Shown here: piece after piece, positions 12,547 to 26,716 of the stretch | Numbering within the stretch: position 1 is the first letter of the stretch | Layout of the letters: each line of letters begins with the position of its first letter | Source of the DNA: Lama guanicoe | Taxonomy: Eukaryota | Assembly (NCBI GenBank): GCA_013239625.1 | Contig: MU053758.1 | Coordinates: 248,001-312,000, forward strand | Direction: 5' to 3' | Length of the DNA stretch: 64,000 nt | Position numbers and translations under genes: made by a program | Notes under the pieces: generated by a model | Told to the model about the DNA's origin: nothing | Database searches by the model: none | What the model saw: the letters and a program-made list of their open reading frames with translations, nothing else

Positions 12547-13181
12547 ATAAAACAAAAGTGAAATGGGGCTTCTATGAGGAGGTCCATTAGAGGGTGGGGA
12601 GGGGCTGGGACTGCCCAGTGGACTCCCCGACTACAAAGACTCCTGAGCGACCAGAGGGCTGGGCCCTCTGACTTTCAGGATAAAGGATCCTGCTCCACCT
12701 CTTCTCCTTCTAGAGACAACTGTCCCCGTGAAGACTGGGAAGGGGGTACAGAGGACGTGGAGCATCTCAAAGAAACCCTGCTGAAGAGGTCTTAGCTCTG
12801 GCTTCCCCAGGCTTCCTGGCTTTGGGGCTGAGTAATGGGTTCCAGGCCAAGCCCCACATCTCACCTCCAGCCAGCCCCCTCTGGTAGAAGAGAGAAGGCA
12901 ATTCCTCTCCTCACCCTCTGGTCCAAACAAGCCATCGCAGGTGAGAGAGGGACAAGCTGAAGGGAAGAGGTGAAGCATGGGACCCCAGGGCAAGGAGGGC
13001 AGAAAAGGGGACCTGACAGCCAGCCCCGCCCAACCCACCCGATGAGTAGGGGTCCCAGCAGGCAGGCCTGTTCCTCAAGGACAAACCTTTCGCGGCACAA
13101 GCCTCAGCTCACTCCTCCTGGCTGGGATCCAGACCCTCACGCACGAATCCCAGCTCTTGGTTCCAATCTCACTGTAAGGAT

Positions 13182-13189
13182 TGAGGTAG
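13182..13189 (-). promoter_or_regulatory. let-7 8mer target site
   Basis: + strand TGAGGTAG. Confidence 0.85.
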
Positions 13190-13801
13190 TTCATCCATTT
13201 ACTCTCAAAGCATCCATCACCTGTGGTTACTCGAAACACATGCCCCCGAGGAGCTTCCTGCTATTTCATTTACAAAAAAAGTCTTTCTTTTGTCTTGTCC
13301 ATCCAGATTCAACCATACTAAGACACCAGTCGTGGTGCCGTCAGACTGTGCCCCCGAAGAGGTGCACAGGGCCAAGGGTCAGGGTGGGGGCTCTGGCCCT
13401 CCTCTTCTAAATCCACCTTCGGTCACGAGGCCTCCTCCCTGTCCTGTACCCCAATAGAGAAGCCTTATGCATCCCAAGTTTTTAGCTGGTGTTGCCCTAA
13501 GTCTGAATACAAGAGAAAAGTTCTGCATCTAAAATCTCAAGAGTTGGAAAGGGAATGGCTTTACGTCCCCTGGCATTGAGAAGCTTTCTTCCATCTTCCT
13601 GCAGCTCCTGGGGCAGGCTGTGCTGTTTTCCTTCTACCAGTTTTTCAACAAATAGGCAAAAGTTGGCATGGTTTGCATGTCAAAGCCACTAGGATCTCCC
13701 CATGAACACTTCAGGGGAGAGAAGGGTGTCCCCACCCAAGTGGGAGGGAGGAGGAAAGGGCTGAGAGAACCGGGAAGTGAGGCAGTCCCTCGGGGGCTCT
13801 G

Positions 13802-13809
13802 TGAGGTAG
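13802..13809 (-). promoter_or_regulatory. let-7 8mer target site
   Basis: + strand TGAGGTAG. Confidence 0.85.
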
Positions 13810-16302
13810 TTACATAGCACTGCTGGTTCCCAGTTTGGCAGAGGGTATGTCTGGGGTGGGAGGAGGGGAAGGCACCCTTGAGAGCTAACTGAGGCCCCTC
13901 CTCATCGCCAGTCTGCCAGGCCTGAAGAGAACTCGCCGTGCTATCTCTGCAGTGGGGCAGGGGACGGAGCGCAGTCCCACGCGGAGGAGCCCCAAACTTC
14001 CCCTCCTTCCCCAAAGTGCAACCAGGAGCCATCAGACCCCCTTCTCAGCTCTTTACCCCTTGGCACATAGGCCCCCACATCCCCCAGGAGCCTCAGGAGG
14101 GGAGGGACGTGTCTTTAGCCCACTGTTTCCGGGGAGCCCTCCCCCTCTCAGACAGCCCAGGTAGATGTCGAAAGATGGTTATTGCTTTGATTCAGAAACA
14201 GCGTCTCTCAGCCTGTCTGTCTGTCTGTCTTTGGCACAAAGGAAAACGGACACATAGAACCTACTGGAGTGTTCCCCTCCAGAGTTCTCTGGGTTTTACA
14301 CGGGGTCCTTTCTGCCAGTAGTGAGGCATAACTAAGAGGAAAGCTCCCAACCACCCCCAGAAGTGGGGAGCTCGGGGTAAAGGAAAAAGGACTGAGAAGG
14401 ACTGGCAGAAAGAAGGGAAGTGAAGAGGAGGCGATGAAACTCCATGCCCCTCAAAACAGCTCTCTCCTCCCCAGACCCCTTCTAGGAGCCAAGTCCACAA
14501 CCCACACTGCAAAAGGCAACCAGAACCTCAAGGGGATTCAAGCCATTGGGTGTCACTGTCAGATGCAGCTTCAAAATCAGGGAATCAAACCATTTTGGTT
14601 TTTCACGTGTTCCACAGAATTAAAAAATATATCTTAAAGTGATGGTCCTTTCTTAAAAATATATGTATGTAGTATGTAGCTCACACACATCTTAGAGCAC
14701 AGAAGCTGTCTTTTTAAAGTCGCTTTTCTCAGATCATCCAAATCTCCCAAGTGCTTTTCACGTTAACTTGTTATCTCGCCAAAGATGGGGAAATGGAGGT
14801 GATGTGCAGGGGGGCATGAACTGCCCCAAGACCAAGCCTACAGGTCAAAGACAGGCCCTTCCTCCTGCTAAACCTTAACCACCAAACCATATTCCTTTGC
14901 TTTCTGTTGTATAACTTTCACAATTTTCCTGCTGGGCAAATATCAGCCGTGCCTAATCCAAGTCAAGTCTGACAGTCCCTTGCCTCACTCCTGGTCTCTT
15001 CGGGGAGCTGAATCAGCCAAAGGGAAAGGACGTGGGCTTAAGGTGTGAAGGGAGCAGGATCCCAAGGAAACTGAACACTGCAACAATCACATTTCAGATA
15101 CTGTGGGGGGCTTTACTCTGATGGTAGTTTGAACCAGATATCAAAGCATGCTTGCTGCTGAAAATTCACGTTAAATCACTAAATGGCCGATGTCTGAACG
15201 TTATCTGCTTCGTTTTGGAATAAAGCATATAGAGCCAGAGATAGAAGTTGGGAGACCCTTTTCTGTGGTTTGAACAGGTGGGGAGCTTAGTTATACTGGC
15301 CTGATATCACCCCTAAACGCTTCCCTGCTCCCTCCTCTTTGGGGTGGACAGTTCTGGGGCTAAAAGCAATGTCACGGGGAGAAAGTGACAAGACATAAAT
15401 GAGGCAAGAACCTGTCCCCAAGTCACATTTCCATATCCCCTGCCCCTCCTTACCACCCACCACCCTAAGTCAAGAATTTGTACGTTTGGGTCCACTGTTA
15501 GAATCAATCCGATCAATCTAAAGACGGGGAGACAGAGGGGGCAGTTATCCAATTATCTGTTTGCCCCTTGGTCCACTGATAAAGACCAAGAATCGCAAGA
15601 TGGGACTGAAATGAAGCAACAATAACAAAAAATGAAAAGCATGTCAACGACAAACCAGGTGGACCTCTCTGAGGGTGAGAGGGTGGCTTTGTCTCTTCCA
15701 CCAATGGAATCTTGGCTCCCATATTTTTAGACAGAGAAGTATAGATTTTTTTTAAGGGTATGTTTTTTAGCTATTATTTCTCTCCTCGATAAAACGGAGG
15801 CAATATTTTAAAATATCTCAACAGCACCACTGGTGGGAAAAACCGACTGGGGTGCCCCTTGAACCCAAGGCGGGAGGGGAGACCACAGGCCGGGTGCTGG
15901 AGGCGGCTGGGGGCCACAGCTGTGCGAGGCCTGCTGGCCCCAGCGGGCAGGGCTTTCCGGGAGAGGCCGGCGCCGGCGAGCAGAGCCTGGCCCTGGGCGC
16001 TCCGGCTCGGCCCTCCCGCTCAGCCCAGCCTCCTCCCAAGGAGCAGCCCCGGCTGCCTTTCCCACAGGGCCTGTTCTCCATAGAGAGCTCCTAAAGGGTT
16101 ACACTGGCTCATGTTGTAAGAAATTATGAAACATAACTTTCTCGTTTTTTTTTCTTTTCATTAAAAAAATAAAATATTCAAGACTATCAGCTTCTCTTTT
16201 GCTTTGCTTTTCTTTTTTCTTTTTTTATATAAAATATCAGCAAGCCGCAAAGAAAAAAAGATTAAAAAAAGAGGTGGGGGGAACAAAGAGGAAAGTAATT
16301 GC

Positions 16303-16309
16303 TGAGGTA
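16303..16309 (-). promoter_or_regulatory. let-7 7mer-A1 target site (TACCTCA)
   Basis: + strand TGAGGTA, 18 nt from the 8mer site. Confidence 0.75.
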
Positions 16310-16320
16310 ACTTCATACCT

Positions 16321-16328
16321 TGAGGTAG
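16321..16328 (-). promoter_or_regulatory. let-7 8mer target site (CTACCTCA)
   Basis: + strand TGAGGTAG inside the 3'UTR. Confidence 0.85.
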
Positions 16329-17684
16329 TTTACTTCGCGCACAGCATTACCTGACTGACTCCGCCCACGTCATGGTTGTCTTGTTGTTACTGCAGTTGTT
16401 GCAATGTCGGAAGGAGGGGAGTCCAAGCACGGGCTTTCCCACATGCAGAGAGGCCTTCCTCCCTTCCCAGCACACTTGATAGCATTGTCCAAGGTAGCTA
16501 AAGTGCACCACCTGGCTCACATGCACTGACAATCAGTACATTAGGAGGGGAGGCCTAACCTCATTTAACTGATGGCTGATGTCTTCCACAAGGGCTGAAC
16601 TTAGAAAAACAGGATCTTACTGAGCCTGGAAAATAAATTAAGCTTATTTACCCCTCTGTGCATAATGTTGCTGGTATTTTGAATTTTGTTGGTTTTTTTT
16701 TTTTTTAGGCACACATTACATCATGCCAATGACTCGTGGAGACAGAAGCCATCAGTTAAATATGCCTCTAGGATAAAAACAGAAGCAAATACTCTCCAAA
16801 TTACTCAATATTCATAATATATGCCAAATGATGGACTTCAGCTTTATCAGGAGCTGAGGGTCGGGTTCCACGTCCCACCACCACCAAGGGAACAGTGCCG
16901 TGGGGGGGAGTGCCCCGCAACCCCTGCTTCTGGGAACCAGCCCTTCTGGGAGCACATGGGCCGGGGTGAGGGCACAGTGGCAGCCTTTAGGGTCACTCAA
17001 GCCCTCCATGGAACTGAGACTTTATCAAGGGGATTTAGTATCCCCTTCCCAGTGCTCATATCCAATCATTAAAATAGACTTTAAAAAAATATAAAATCTG
17101 CCTGAGAATGATGGGAATCAGGGACAGTACAGTGGTCGGCCCCACCCTGCTGAGCACTTAGCACCACCCAGGTGCACCTGGACATGAGGTGGGACTCACA
17201 TGGTTAGAGGGACATGAATGGGGTGAGGAATCTTGTGGGGAAGCCCCAACAGAGGGGCAAATTTCACCTGTGCCAATTTTTCAAGGTGGTGATCTGGACT
17301 AGATCAGCCACAAGGGCACTCCTTTTAAACGTGGATTACTATAAATTTTAATCATGTTTCTCCCCCATTCTCTCTCTATTCCTTGTTGTGCCTACTGGTT
17401 GGTTAGGAAGGGATTGGAATTAAACTGCAGATGCTGGCGTGTCTTCTCCCTTTGAATCAATAATATAAGGAAAGCAATGCACTGGTTCCCACTTCTGCTG
17501 GCAGCGGTTAAGACAGGACAGCGTGAATGTAGGAAGAGGCTATGTCAGGGCACAAGAATAGAGGTATTTTAATCAATAAAACCAAGTAGGACAAGGCTGG
17601 AAGGATTTCAGGGTCAAGAAGAAAACCATCCTTTTGAGGCTGATCAAAGCACCCCTCTACATGTTTTAAAAACCTGAAGGAAAT

Positions 17685-17690
17685 TTTATT
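17685..17690 (-). terminator. Candidate proximal poly(A) signal AATAAA (short 3'UTR isoform)
   Basis: AATAAA ~325 nt after the stop codon; IGF2BP1 alternative polyadenylation is known in human. Confidence 0.55.
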
Positions 17691-18012
17691 TCTCTTCCCA
17701 CTGGGGTCTGACCCACCCTCTTGGTGGGACTTGGAGAACTTAAACAATCCACGTTTAAAAGCACCCTGAGCTAGAATTTCCAAGGTGACACCCTGAGGGG
17801 TGGGCAGTGTTGGGCCAATTGGTTGGGTGTTTGGGGCTGAGAGATCAGGGTTCCTCACTGGAACATCTTTCTCAAGCCAAGTGGGCAAACCTGATCTACA
17901 CACATCCCGGCCCAAGTGTCCCTGATTCCCACTCATTCTCAGGCCTGCTGGGGAGAACATGCTCTCGATTTCAGCCTGTTGTCCTTGAGTCGACATGACG
18001 GGAGGGGGCTGG

Positions 18013-18105
18013 TCACTTCCTCCGAGCCTGGGCCTGGTTACTCTGTCCCTTTTGGTGCAGCTGTTTGACTTGGGCCAAGATGTCTCGTATCTTCCGCTGA
18101 GCCAT
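18013..18105 (-). CDS. IGF2BP1: IGF2BP1 exon 15 coding part ([30 protein letters not shown])
   Basis: Acceptor tctgcag; TGA at 18015-18013; total CDS 1734 nt. Confidence 0.98.
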   Translation of the reverse strand: MAQRKIRDILAQVKQLHQKGQSNQAQARRK

Positions 18106-18239
18106 CTGCAGAAAGAACAGGCCGAGAGGTGAGGGGAGGATCTCCAAAGGCAAGGAGACAGCCCTACATGGGGAGAGAGGACAACAGGATCCAACACCGA
18201 CCACAAACACCACAGGTCACGTGGGACTTAGAAGATTGA

Positions 18240-18679
18240 TCTCTTTCAGCCAACTTGGAGCCCAAGGAGGTCTGCTGGGAACGGGACCCTAAAACGATGA
18301 ATGTCTGTGGTTGAAAGTCTTTTTTGTTCGCTATATGCAGGGTCTCCTGAACCAGCACACAGCTCTTCTTAAAATCGAAGGTGTTTACGCTCGAGATGAA
18401 ACCGAATTCTATTCAGGCAAGAGGTGTGTGCTTATGGGTACAAAGTAAAGACCAACACAGTAACTCCTGGTGGAAAATCAAACAAAACCAGAGCAATATG
18501 GGGAAAGGTAACTTTCGCTCATGGAAATAGTGGCATGGTTCGTGCAAAATCCAAGAAGCAACCTTCCTTCCGAGGCCACTGGGCACAGGATCCATGTGAT
18601 GCCATACCCCTCCTCAAGGATTTAAACTTATTGAAAAATGAAAGTGTGGATTTGTTGTGTTGTTTAAAAAAAAGAAGAC
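18240..18679 (+). pseudogene. RPL35A: RPL35A processed pseudogene in IGF2BP1 intron 14, antisense to the host gene
   Basis: Fragments translate as [19 protein letters not shown] and [31 protein letters not shown] (60S eL33). Intronless, with ATG at 18301, frameshifts, terminal SRI-stop at 18623-18625, an A-run at ~18666-18673, and a candidate TSD AGAAGATTGA/AGAAGAGTGA. Confidence 0.93.
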
Positions 18680-19214
18680 AGAAGAGTGAAGGTTAGAGTG
18701 ACCTTAAGTTTCATGCCGCCAAACAGACCCTGAGCACTGGATTCATATGGAGGAGGGGGAAGCACAGTAATACGAACTCATTCATCACAATTTAAAACAT
18801 GACAACGATTAAAAACGGACAAAGTTGACACATGGGACTGAACCCAAGGCAGAATTCCCAGAGGTTCCACGAGTGTGTGTTGTCAAAAGGTCAAAAATCA
18901 GGAGACCTTGTCACCAATCACAAGTCCACTCACTACGCATGGAAATGTCCCAGGAAAGAAGACGAAAGAAATGCCTGGAGCTGAGAAAACCAAACGGCAG
19001 TGAAATAAGCTCCACTGTGAAAATGGACCCAAAAAACCCCCAAAGGGCTGATATCTTTATTCTTTCCTTCTTAAAGGTTTCTTCACTTTTATAAGTGAAA
19101 GTTCTATACGGGAAATCAACTGCAAAATGGGATTCACTTGACAGAAATTTACCAGAATGTCTCCTTTCCATAAACTGAGCACTTGGTTTCTTGGTTAAAG
19201 AGAAAGTGAGTCAA

Positions 19215-19413
19215 ACTACATATAAAATAAACAAGGACCTGTTGTAAAGCATAGGGAACTATATTCAATTTCTTACAATAACATAATGAAAAAGAATCTG
19301 AAAAAGAACCTATACGTATATATGTACATATAACTGGACCATTTTGCTGTACACCTGCAACTAACAACACTGCAAATCAATTATACTTCAATTAAAAAAT
19401 TAAAATTAAAAAA
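19215..19413 (+). mobile_element. Short L1 3' end (laurasiatherian type) in intron 14
   Basis: AACAAGGACCT...AGGGAACTATATTCAA...TGCTGTACACCTG...TATACTTCAATTAAAAAA. Confidence 0.75.
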
Positions 19414-20341
19414 GGGACAGTGGGTGCAGGTTGAGGAAATAATGTGAAGTTAATATTTATATATTAATTCCCCCCATCAGCCCCATGCTTCATGTTTTAC
19501 ATGGGTTTTCATCTAGTTCTCATCGTAACCAATGAAAAACATCTCTCCGTCTGTACATAATACATCCTGTCTCCATGAATTCCTGGCTACATCATTTACC
19601 TCTTAAATTTCATATTCCTCTTCTGTAAAATAAGGTTGTTACAAGGATTAAAGACCTTAATAGAGGCCACACGGAACACTGCTTGGTGTATCAGAAGCAC
19701 CCATAAATCTAAGATATTTTGTGGTTATTAATGGCTCTCAAAGGGCCATCAGAGAAAGCTGCTCATCCAAGCCTTCTGGTTCCAAAACCCAAGTCGCTGA
19801 TGTTGGACAGCCACGCTCCACTGGGGTCTGGGTTCCTGCTTTGCTCTTGATTGCTGGAGGAGTCTCAGGCCATCACAAGTCAGCTCTGATATGTTTGTCC
19901 TCTATGAATGGAAGTGGTTGTATCCAATAGTCTCTATACCCTTTCTGGCTCCAACACTGGGGGTTTTAGGAAAACCCCACCAGCTTTTAATCATCCTAAA
20001 ATTTTAACCTGGTATCTGTCCTCTTTTCTAGGCTCTGGGGTCAGTCCCAATGCTGGGCAGTGCTGTCTCAGTGGAGGCAGTGCAGAGACGGGGAGTTCCA
20101 GAATAAAAACAGGAGGGGGAAGAACTGGAAGCAAGATGGAGCAGTCGTCCTGGGAGAGGTGAAGGACTGTGCTGAAAATAGGCAATCCAGGACGTTGACA
20201 TGTTCCACGAACAACACTGGGTGGTGGGTAATACCAGTTTCTCTTCTTAGCCAGTGCAAAAGGGAGGACTAAGGTTAAACAGGGGTCACTATTAACATAC
20301 AACATATAATATATAACAGTTACTATGCATAACATATACTA

Positions 20342-20683
<342 letters not shown>

Positions 20684-20822
20684 TCACCAGCAGGTAGAAA
20701 CTGGAGAAGTTAGAAGCTGGGGCTAGGAGACAATCAATTAATTGGGCAAATCGGGGGAGGTCTAAGGTTGAGCAGGGTCGGGGAGCAGGAGGCGCCAGGA
20801 GAGCTGTTGGGTTTGGGGACTA

Positions 20823-21218
<396 letters not shown>

Positions 21219-21666
21219 CTAAGCTACATGCCAGACCTGGGGGCTCTGGGATGCTTGCATGGTTTGGAGAGGCAGTGGCCAGCAATCAAGTCATGGCTCT
21301 GAGTGGCAGCTGGTCCAGACACTCAGATGGAAGACCGCTGGTCACTCTGCACAGCCTACTGAGCTGTCCTCGTTCTCCATCCCTGTCTAGGTCAGGATAA
21401 GGTAACTATCAGTTCTATGACTGTCTGCCCAGAAGTTCAAGAACCTAGGCATGTAGTAGGGACATGTAGGGGGAAAAAAAGGGCCTTCCTTCAAGGAAGA
21501 GCCATCAGACTTCCTTCTTCCCCATATATTTACCATCAGGAAGTAAAGAGGGAAGGAGAAGCCAACAGATTTAAGTCTAATGACAATCTGAAAGCATCTC
21601 TGCAGTCCTATATTTTGCAGGGAAGCTTAAAAACGTGGTGCAGATTTGCACTCCCACCCAAACTCA

Positions 21667-21801
<135 letters not shown>

Positions 21802-22497
21802 TCAAAGAGATGCCCTCTGTCTCCACCTCCTCCAGACCCCCTACCACAACACTGAGGGCCAGGGGAGTGGAGAACAGAGACCCTGACCCCTGAGGCTGTT
21901 GCCCCTTCACCAAACCTCTTATGAGGGCATGGGTGCATTTGTTCTGGACATTCCCTAAATAGGGGCTCCTGCCCATACCCTACCTGCCCTCATCCCCTAG
22001 GAGATTTCAACAGAATCCTGCCAGATGGCCAGTAGGGGGAGGGCAGTGACCACCCACAGAATCTCCCAGAGGCCTTTTTCACCAGGAACACACACTGCAT
22101 TTGACTAAAATCTTTCAGACCACTGAAACCAATGGATTTAGCCTTGTGAAACCAACAGGTTCTCCCTTCTCTCCCCTGAGCCCTGGCCAGGGAAGATATA
22201 AGACAGCTACCATCTAATGAGCAAGCCCTGTGCACAAGGCACTGACCAAGCCAGGGGCTGTGGCTGCATTATTTCAGAGAACTATCACGGCTACTGTACT
22301 GAGGAGGAAACTGAGGCTCCCGTAGCTTAGAAGCTGGGATTTGAACCTAAGTCAGTCTTGTGTGAACCTAAGCTCTCTTTCTTTGCTACAATTCCACCTC
22401 CTCCCTTAGCCCAAAAGCCCAGGAGCCCAGAAGGTGCTCCACTGGACCAAGCGGGGTCAAAAGCAAAGGGGCCTGGGACCACAAGGGGGAAACGCTA

Positions 22498-22695
<198 letters not shown>

Positions 22696-23066
22696 TTATT
22701 ACCATGGCCAAGGGGCAGGGCCCAGAAGCCCCTCCGTGGCCCTGTCCTGCGTCCTCAAAGCTCTCCCTCTGTCCAGGAGGGGCAAATGGAAGAAGCCGGG
22801 CAGGAGGAAGAGGAAGAGTGCTGCTAGCATCCCGGGCAGTACCCGAGGCTGCCACCCACAGGGCTGACACTCGGAAGGGCTGGTGCCAGTGACTGGGAGC
22901 ACTGCAGCAGGCGGGTGAGGGGAGGGGAGGGCGGCGATGTGCATCCCCAGGCCCCACTTCCCTCTCCCTGCGAATTCCCAACCATGAGGCTTCCACAAGG
23001 AGCTGGACTCTTAAGCACGGCCACAGGCAGCCCAGGGGCTCCCCCGTAATAAGACCCTGCACCTAC

Positions 23067-23189
23067 CATAAAGGAACTGTAGGGAGCGGCTCCGGTGACG
23101 CTGCTGGGCGGCGGTGGGACTGCACTGGACGATGCTGGGAAAAGACCCACAGCAGCCAAGTTCAGGCCGGGGATGAGATGAGACTGCAG
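23067..23189 (-). CDS. IGF2BP1: IGF2BP1 exon 10 ([43 protein letters not shown]2-KH3 linker)
   Basis: Acceptor ctccag; donor ATG|GTAGGT; 123 nt. Confidence 0.96.
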
Positions 23190-23754
23190 CTGGAGGAGGA
23201 AGGTCAGGAGAAGAGGTCAGCTCACTCTGACAGAGCCTGATGACCCCTGTACGTGGCCCTGGCTGAACAGGAGTGTGAGTGCCCCTGGGAGAGTGGACCA
23301 AAATAGGATAATTACATGCTTTTACCCCAAACCCGCCTGCCCTTCTGGTTTTCAGACACTTGCATGTACACTGAGGGTTCTTTCCACACTAAGAACCGGC
23401 ACCTCCAATGAGGGCTGACAGTGTGAGGCCCTCAGACATCCTTCCTCTTCAGCTGATTACTCTGCTGACAGAGACAGACCAGACTCACGGCCCCGTGCTG
23501 TACTGCTCCCGCGGGGGGAGGCGGGAGGGGAGGAGGCAAATCTCCCCCTTGATGTCTGAAACTCATCTTTTGGGTCATGTGTCCCACATCCTCACTCCTT
23601 TTTAAAAACTAGATGAAAACCGTGGACTCTTTCCCCACTGAAATGCCCATAAATCACAAAATTTATAGGAGGATCACAGCCCTCAAAACCCAAGATGAGA
23701 CCCCCCCGCTCACACCCCAGGAAACAAATGAGGACTCCCTGTTAATTCAACTTA

Positions 23755-24309
<555 letters not shown>

Positions 24310-24691
24310 TCACAGAGGCACTAGGCCACCCCACGGAGCGCGGGCTCAGGGCTCAGAAAAGGACCTGGGTCCGCCCACTTTCCTTGGCCTGGCAAATGCA
24401 CCTGAAACCCCAAAGCCCTGGCTCCTGGCCTCAGGCTCTCTCCTCCAGATGCCGATCAAGTGAGAGATGTGGCAGCAGAGGACTGAAGGGACAGCGGCCT
24501 CCCAACCGCCCCCCAGGCCACAGCAGTGATGGGAGAGCTCCAGCCCTGATAGCCACGAATGCTCCTGACAGCTTCTTTGACCCCTCCTCTTCAATAAGCA
24601 GAAACTGCATCCATGTATTTAGGCCCAGTAATGAAATGCTGCCACCCCCGGTGCCGGGCACCCACTCAGAGAAGGAAATGAAGGAGCCTTA

Positions 24692-24844
<153 letters not shown>

Positions 24845-25426
24845 TTAAACTGGGGGCCACACCAAGGCTGGGCTGTCATGCCACCGCAGATGTGGGAGTT
24901 TCCAGGACAAACCATGGGACACAATTACCAGAGAAAACCCGCAGATCAGTGGTCATTCAGTGACAGAGAAATGGGGAAGGAGGGTTGGGTGGCTGAGGGC
25001 ACAAAGTCTATGAGGGCGATGGATATGGTCCTTATCTTAATTGTAGTGATGGCTTTGTAGGTATACTCATACTAAACCTCATCCAACTGCATACTTTCAA
25101 ATGGACTACAGAATTCTGTGCAGCTCATAAAGAGGTGAATCTATGTACTGACGCATGGCAGTGAAAAAAGCCAGCTAAGGAACAGCATGTTCATATACTC
25201 CTACAGGTGCTAAAACACACCCACACCCACGTGCACACACACCTGTGAGTGCACAGAACTGCTAGATGCACAAGGTGCTATTTGTGGGAAAGAGGACTTC
25301 ATTTCTCAGTCTTCTATCCTTTTGTACAACTTCTGCATCTCCTATTTATCTCTGTATTCTTGCTTAAAAAAAGTTTGTGTTAGAGAAGGTGGTAGTCCCC
25401 ACGTTCCCAGAGAAGCTGAAGCCTTA

Positions 25427-25618
<192 letters not shown>

Positions 25619-26407
25619 TCACACCCCCTGCTGTCTCTCCTCCGCCACAGGTGCAAACCCGCTCTCCTTGGAACAAGGCCAAGTGCAGACGTGGGATGGG
25701 CAGAGAAAGGGCCAGCATGTTGCTATGGATTCTGTCTTAATCAGGAGGTGATGGCTGAGAATGATGGCATCTATTATGGGAATGCAGGCTTGTGGATCAA
25801 CAGCCCCACAGCTCAAAAGCTGCATTTCCCCTTGAATTCTGGTCCCCCTCCCCCACCTTGAAACAACTATAAAGGGAACGCACGTTGTCCCAAATTAAAA
25901 GTAAATAATAAAAGCATGCATTATGAATAAGGACATAATGTGACCTGTTCTTTTTCACAGAGTACACACTGATAAGCTATAAAAACCAGAGAAGAGGAGT
26001 GGTAGTGGTGGAATGGGAGATAGGAAAGAATTATGAGGTCCCCGAGGCTGGCCAGCTCTGTTGCCACCCGTAAGCGGTGCTAAAACCACAAAGCACTAAG
26101 GAGTGGCTGACTTACCAAGACTAGGTTTGCTTGGTTAGACTTTCTACGAGAAATAGAACCCTTCTTACTAATGACAGTGTGTGGCCCCGCCACTGCCACC
26201 AAATGGCACACTCCAGGCTTATTCTACCTCCCCAGTTGCCCATCTCTTCTTGGAAGGCTGCCATCAGAAGCAGTGACCCCTGACTGAAAGGAGAATGGAA
26301 CACGTTCCAGGCAACATCTCTGAAGGGTAAAGGGAGGTGCCTTGCCTCCCGGGTACCAACCACTGTTTCCTGCCCCCACCTTCATCCCCCCCGGCATTCA
26401 AGACTCA

Positions 26408-26716
<309 letters not shown>

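Larger units (their letters stand above)
11482..18012 (-). other. IGF2BP1: IGF2BP1 long 3'UTR (~6.5 kb)
   Basis: Largely repeat-free stretch after the stop codon with let-7 sites, ending at AATAAA followed by a GT-rich downstream element. Confidence 0.85.

Noticed and set aside
16321..16345. TGAGGTAGT on the + strand resembling a let-7 miRNA gene
   Set aside because: The match to let-7 stops after 9 nt and no pre-miRNA hairpin is evident; it is the complement of a target site in the minus-strand 3'UTR.
17508..18206. 232-aa minus-strand ORF overlapping exon 15
   Set aside because: An alternative frame running from intron into 3'UTR with a non-ATG start and no recognisable homology.
18424..18696. 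90-aa ORF as a functional RPL35A gene
   Set aside because: It starts mid-protein at a non-ATG codon and is frameshifted on both sides; it is part of a processed pseudogene.
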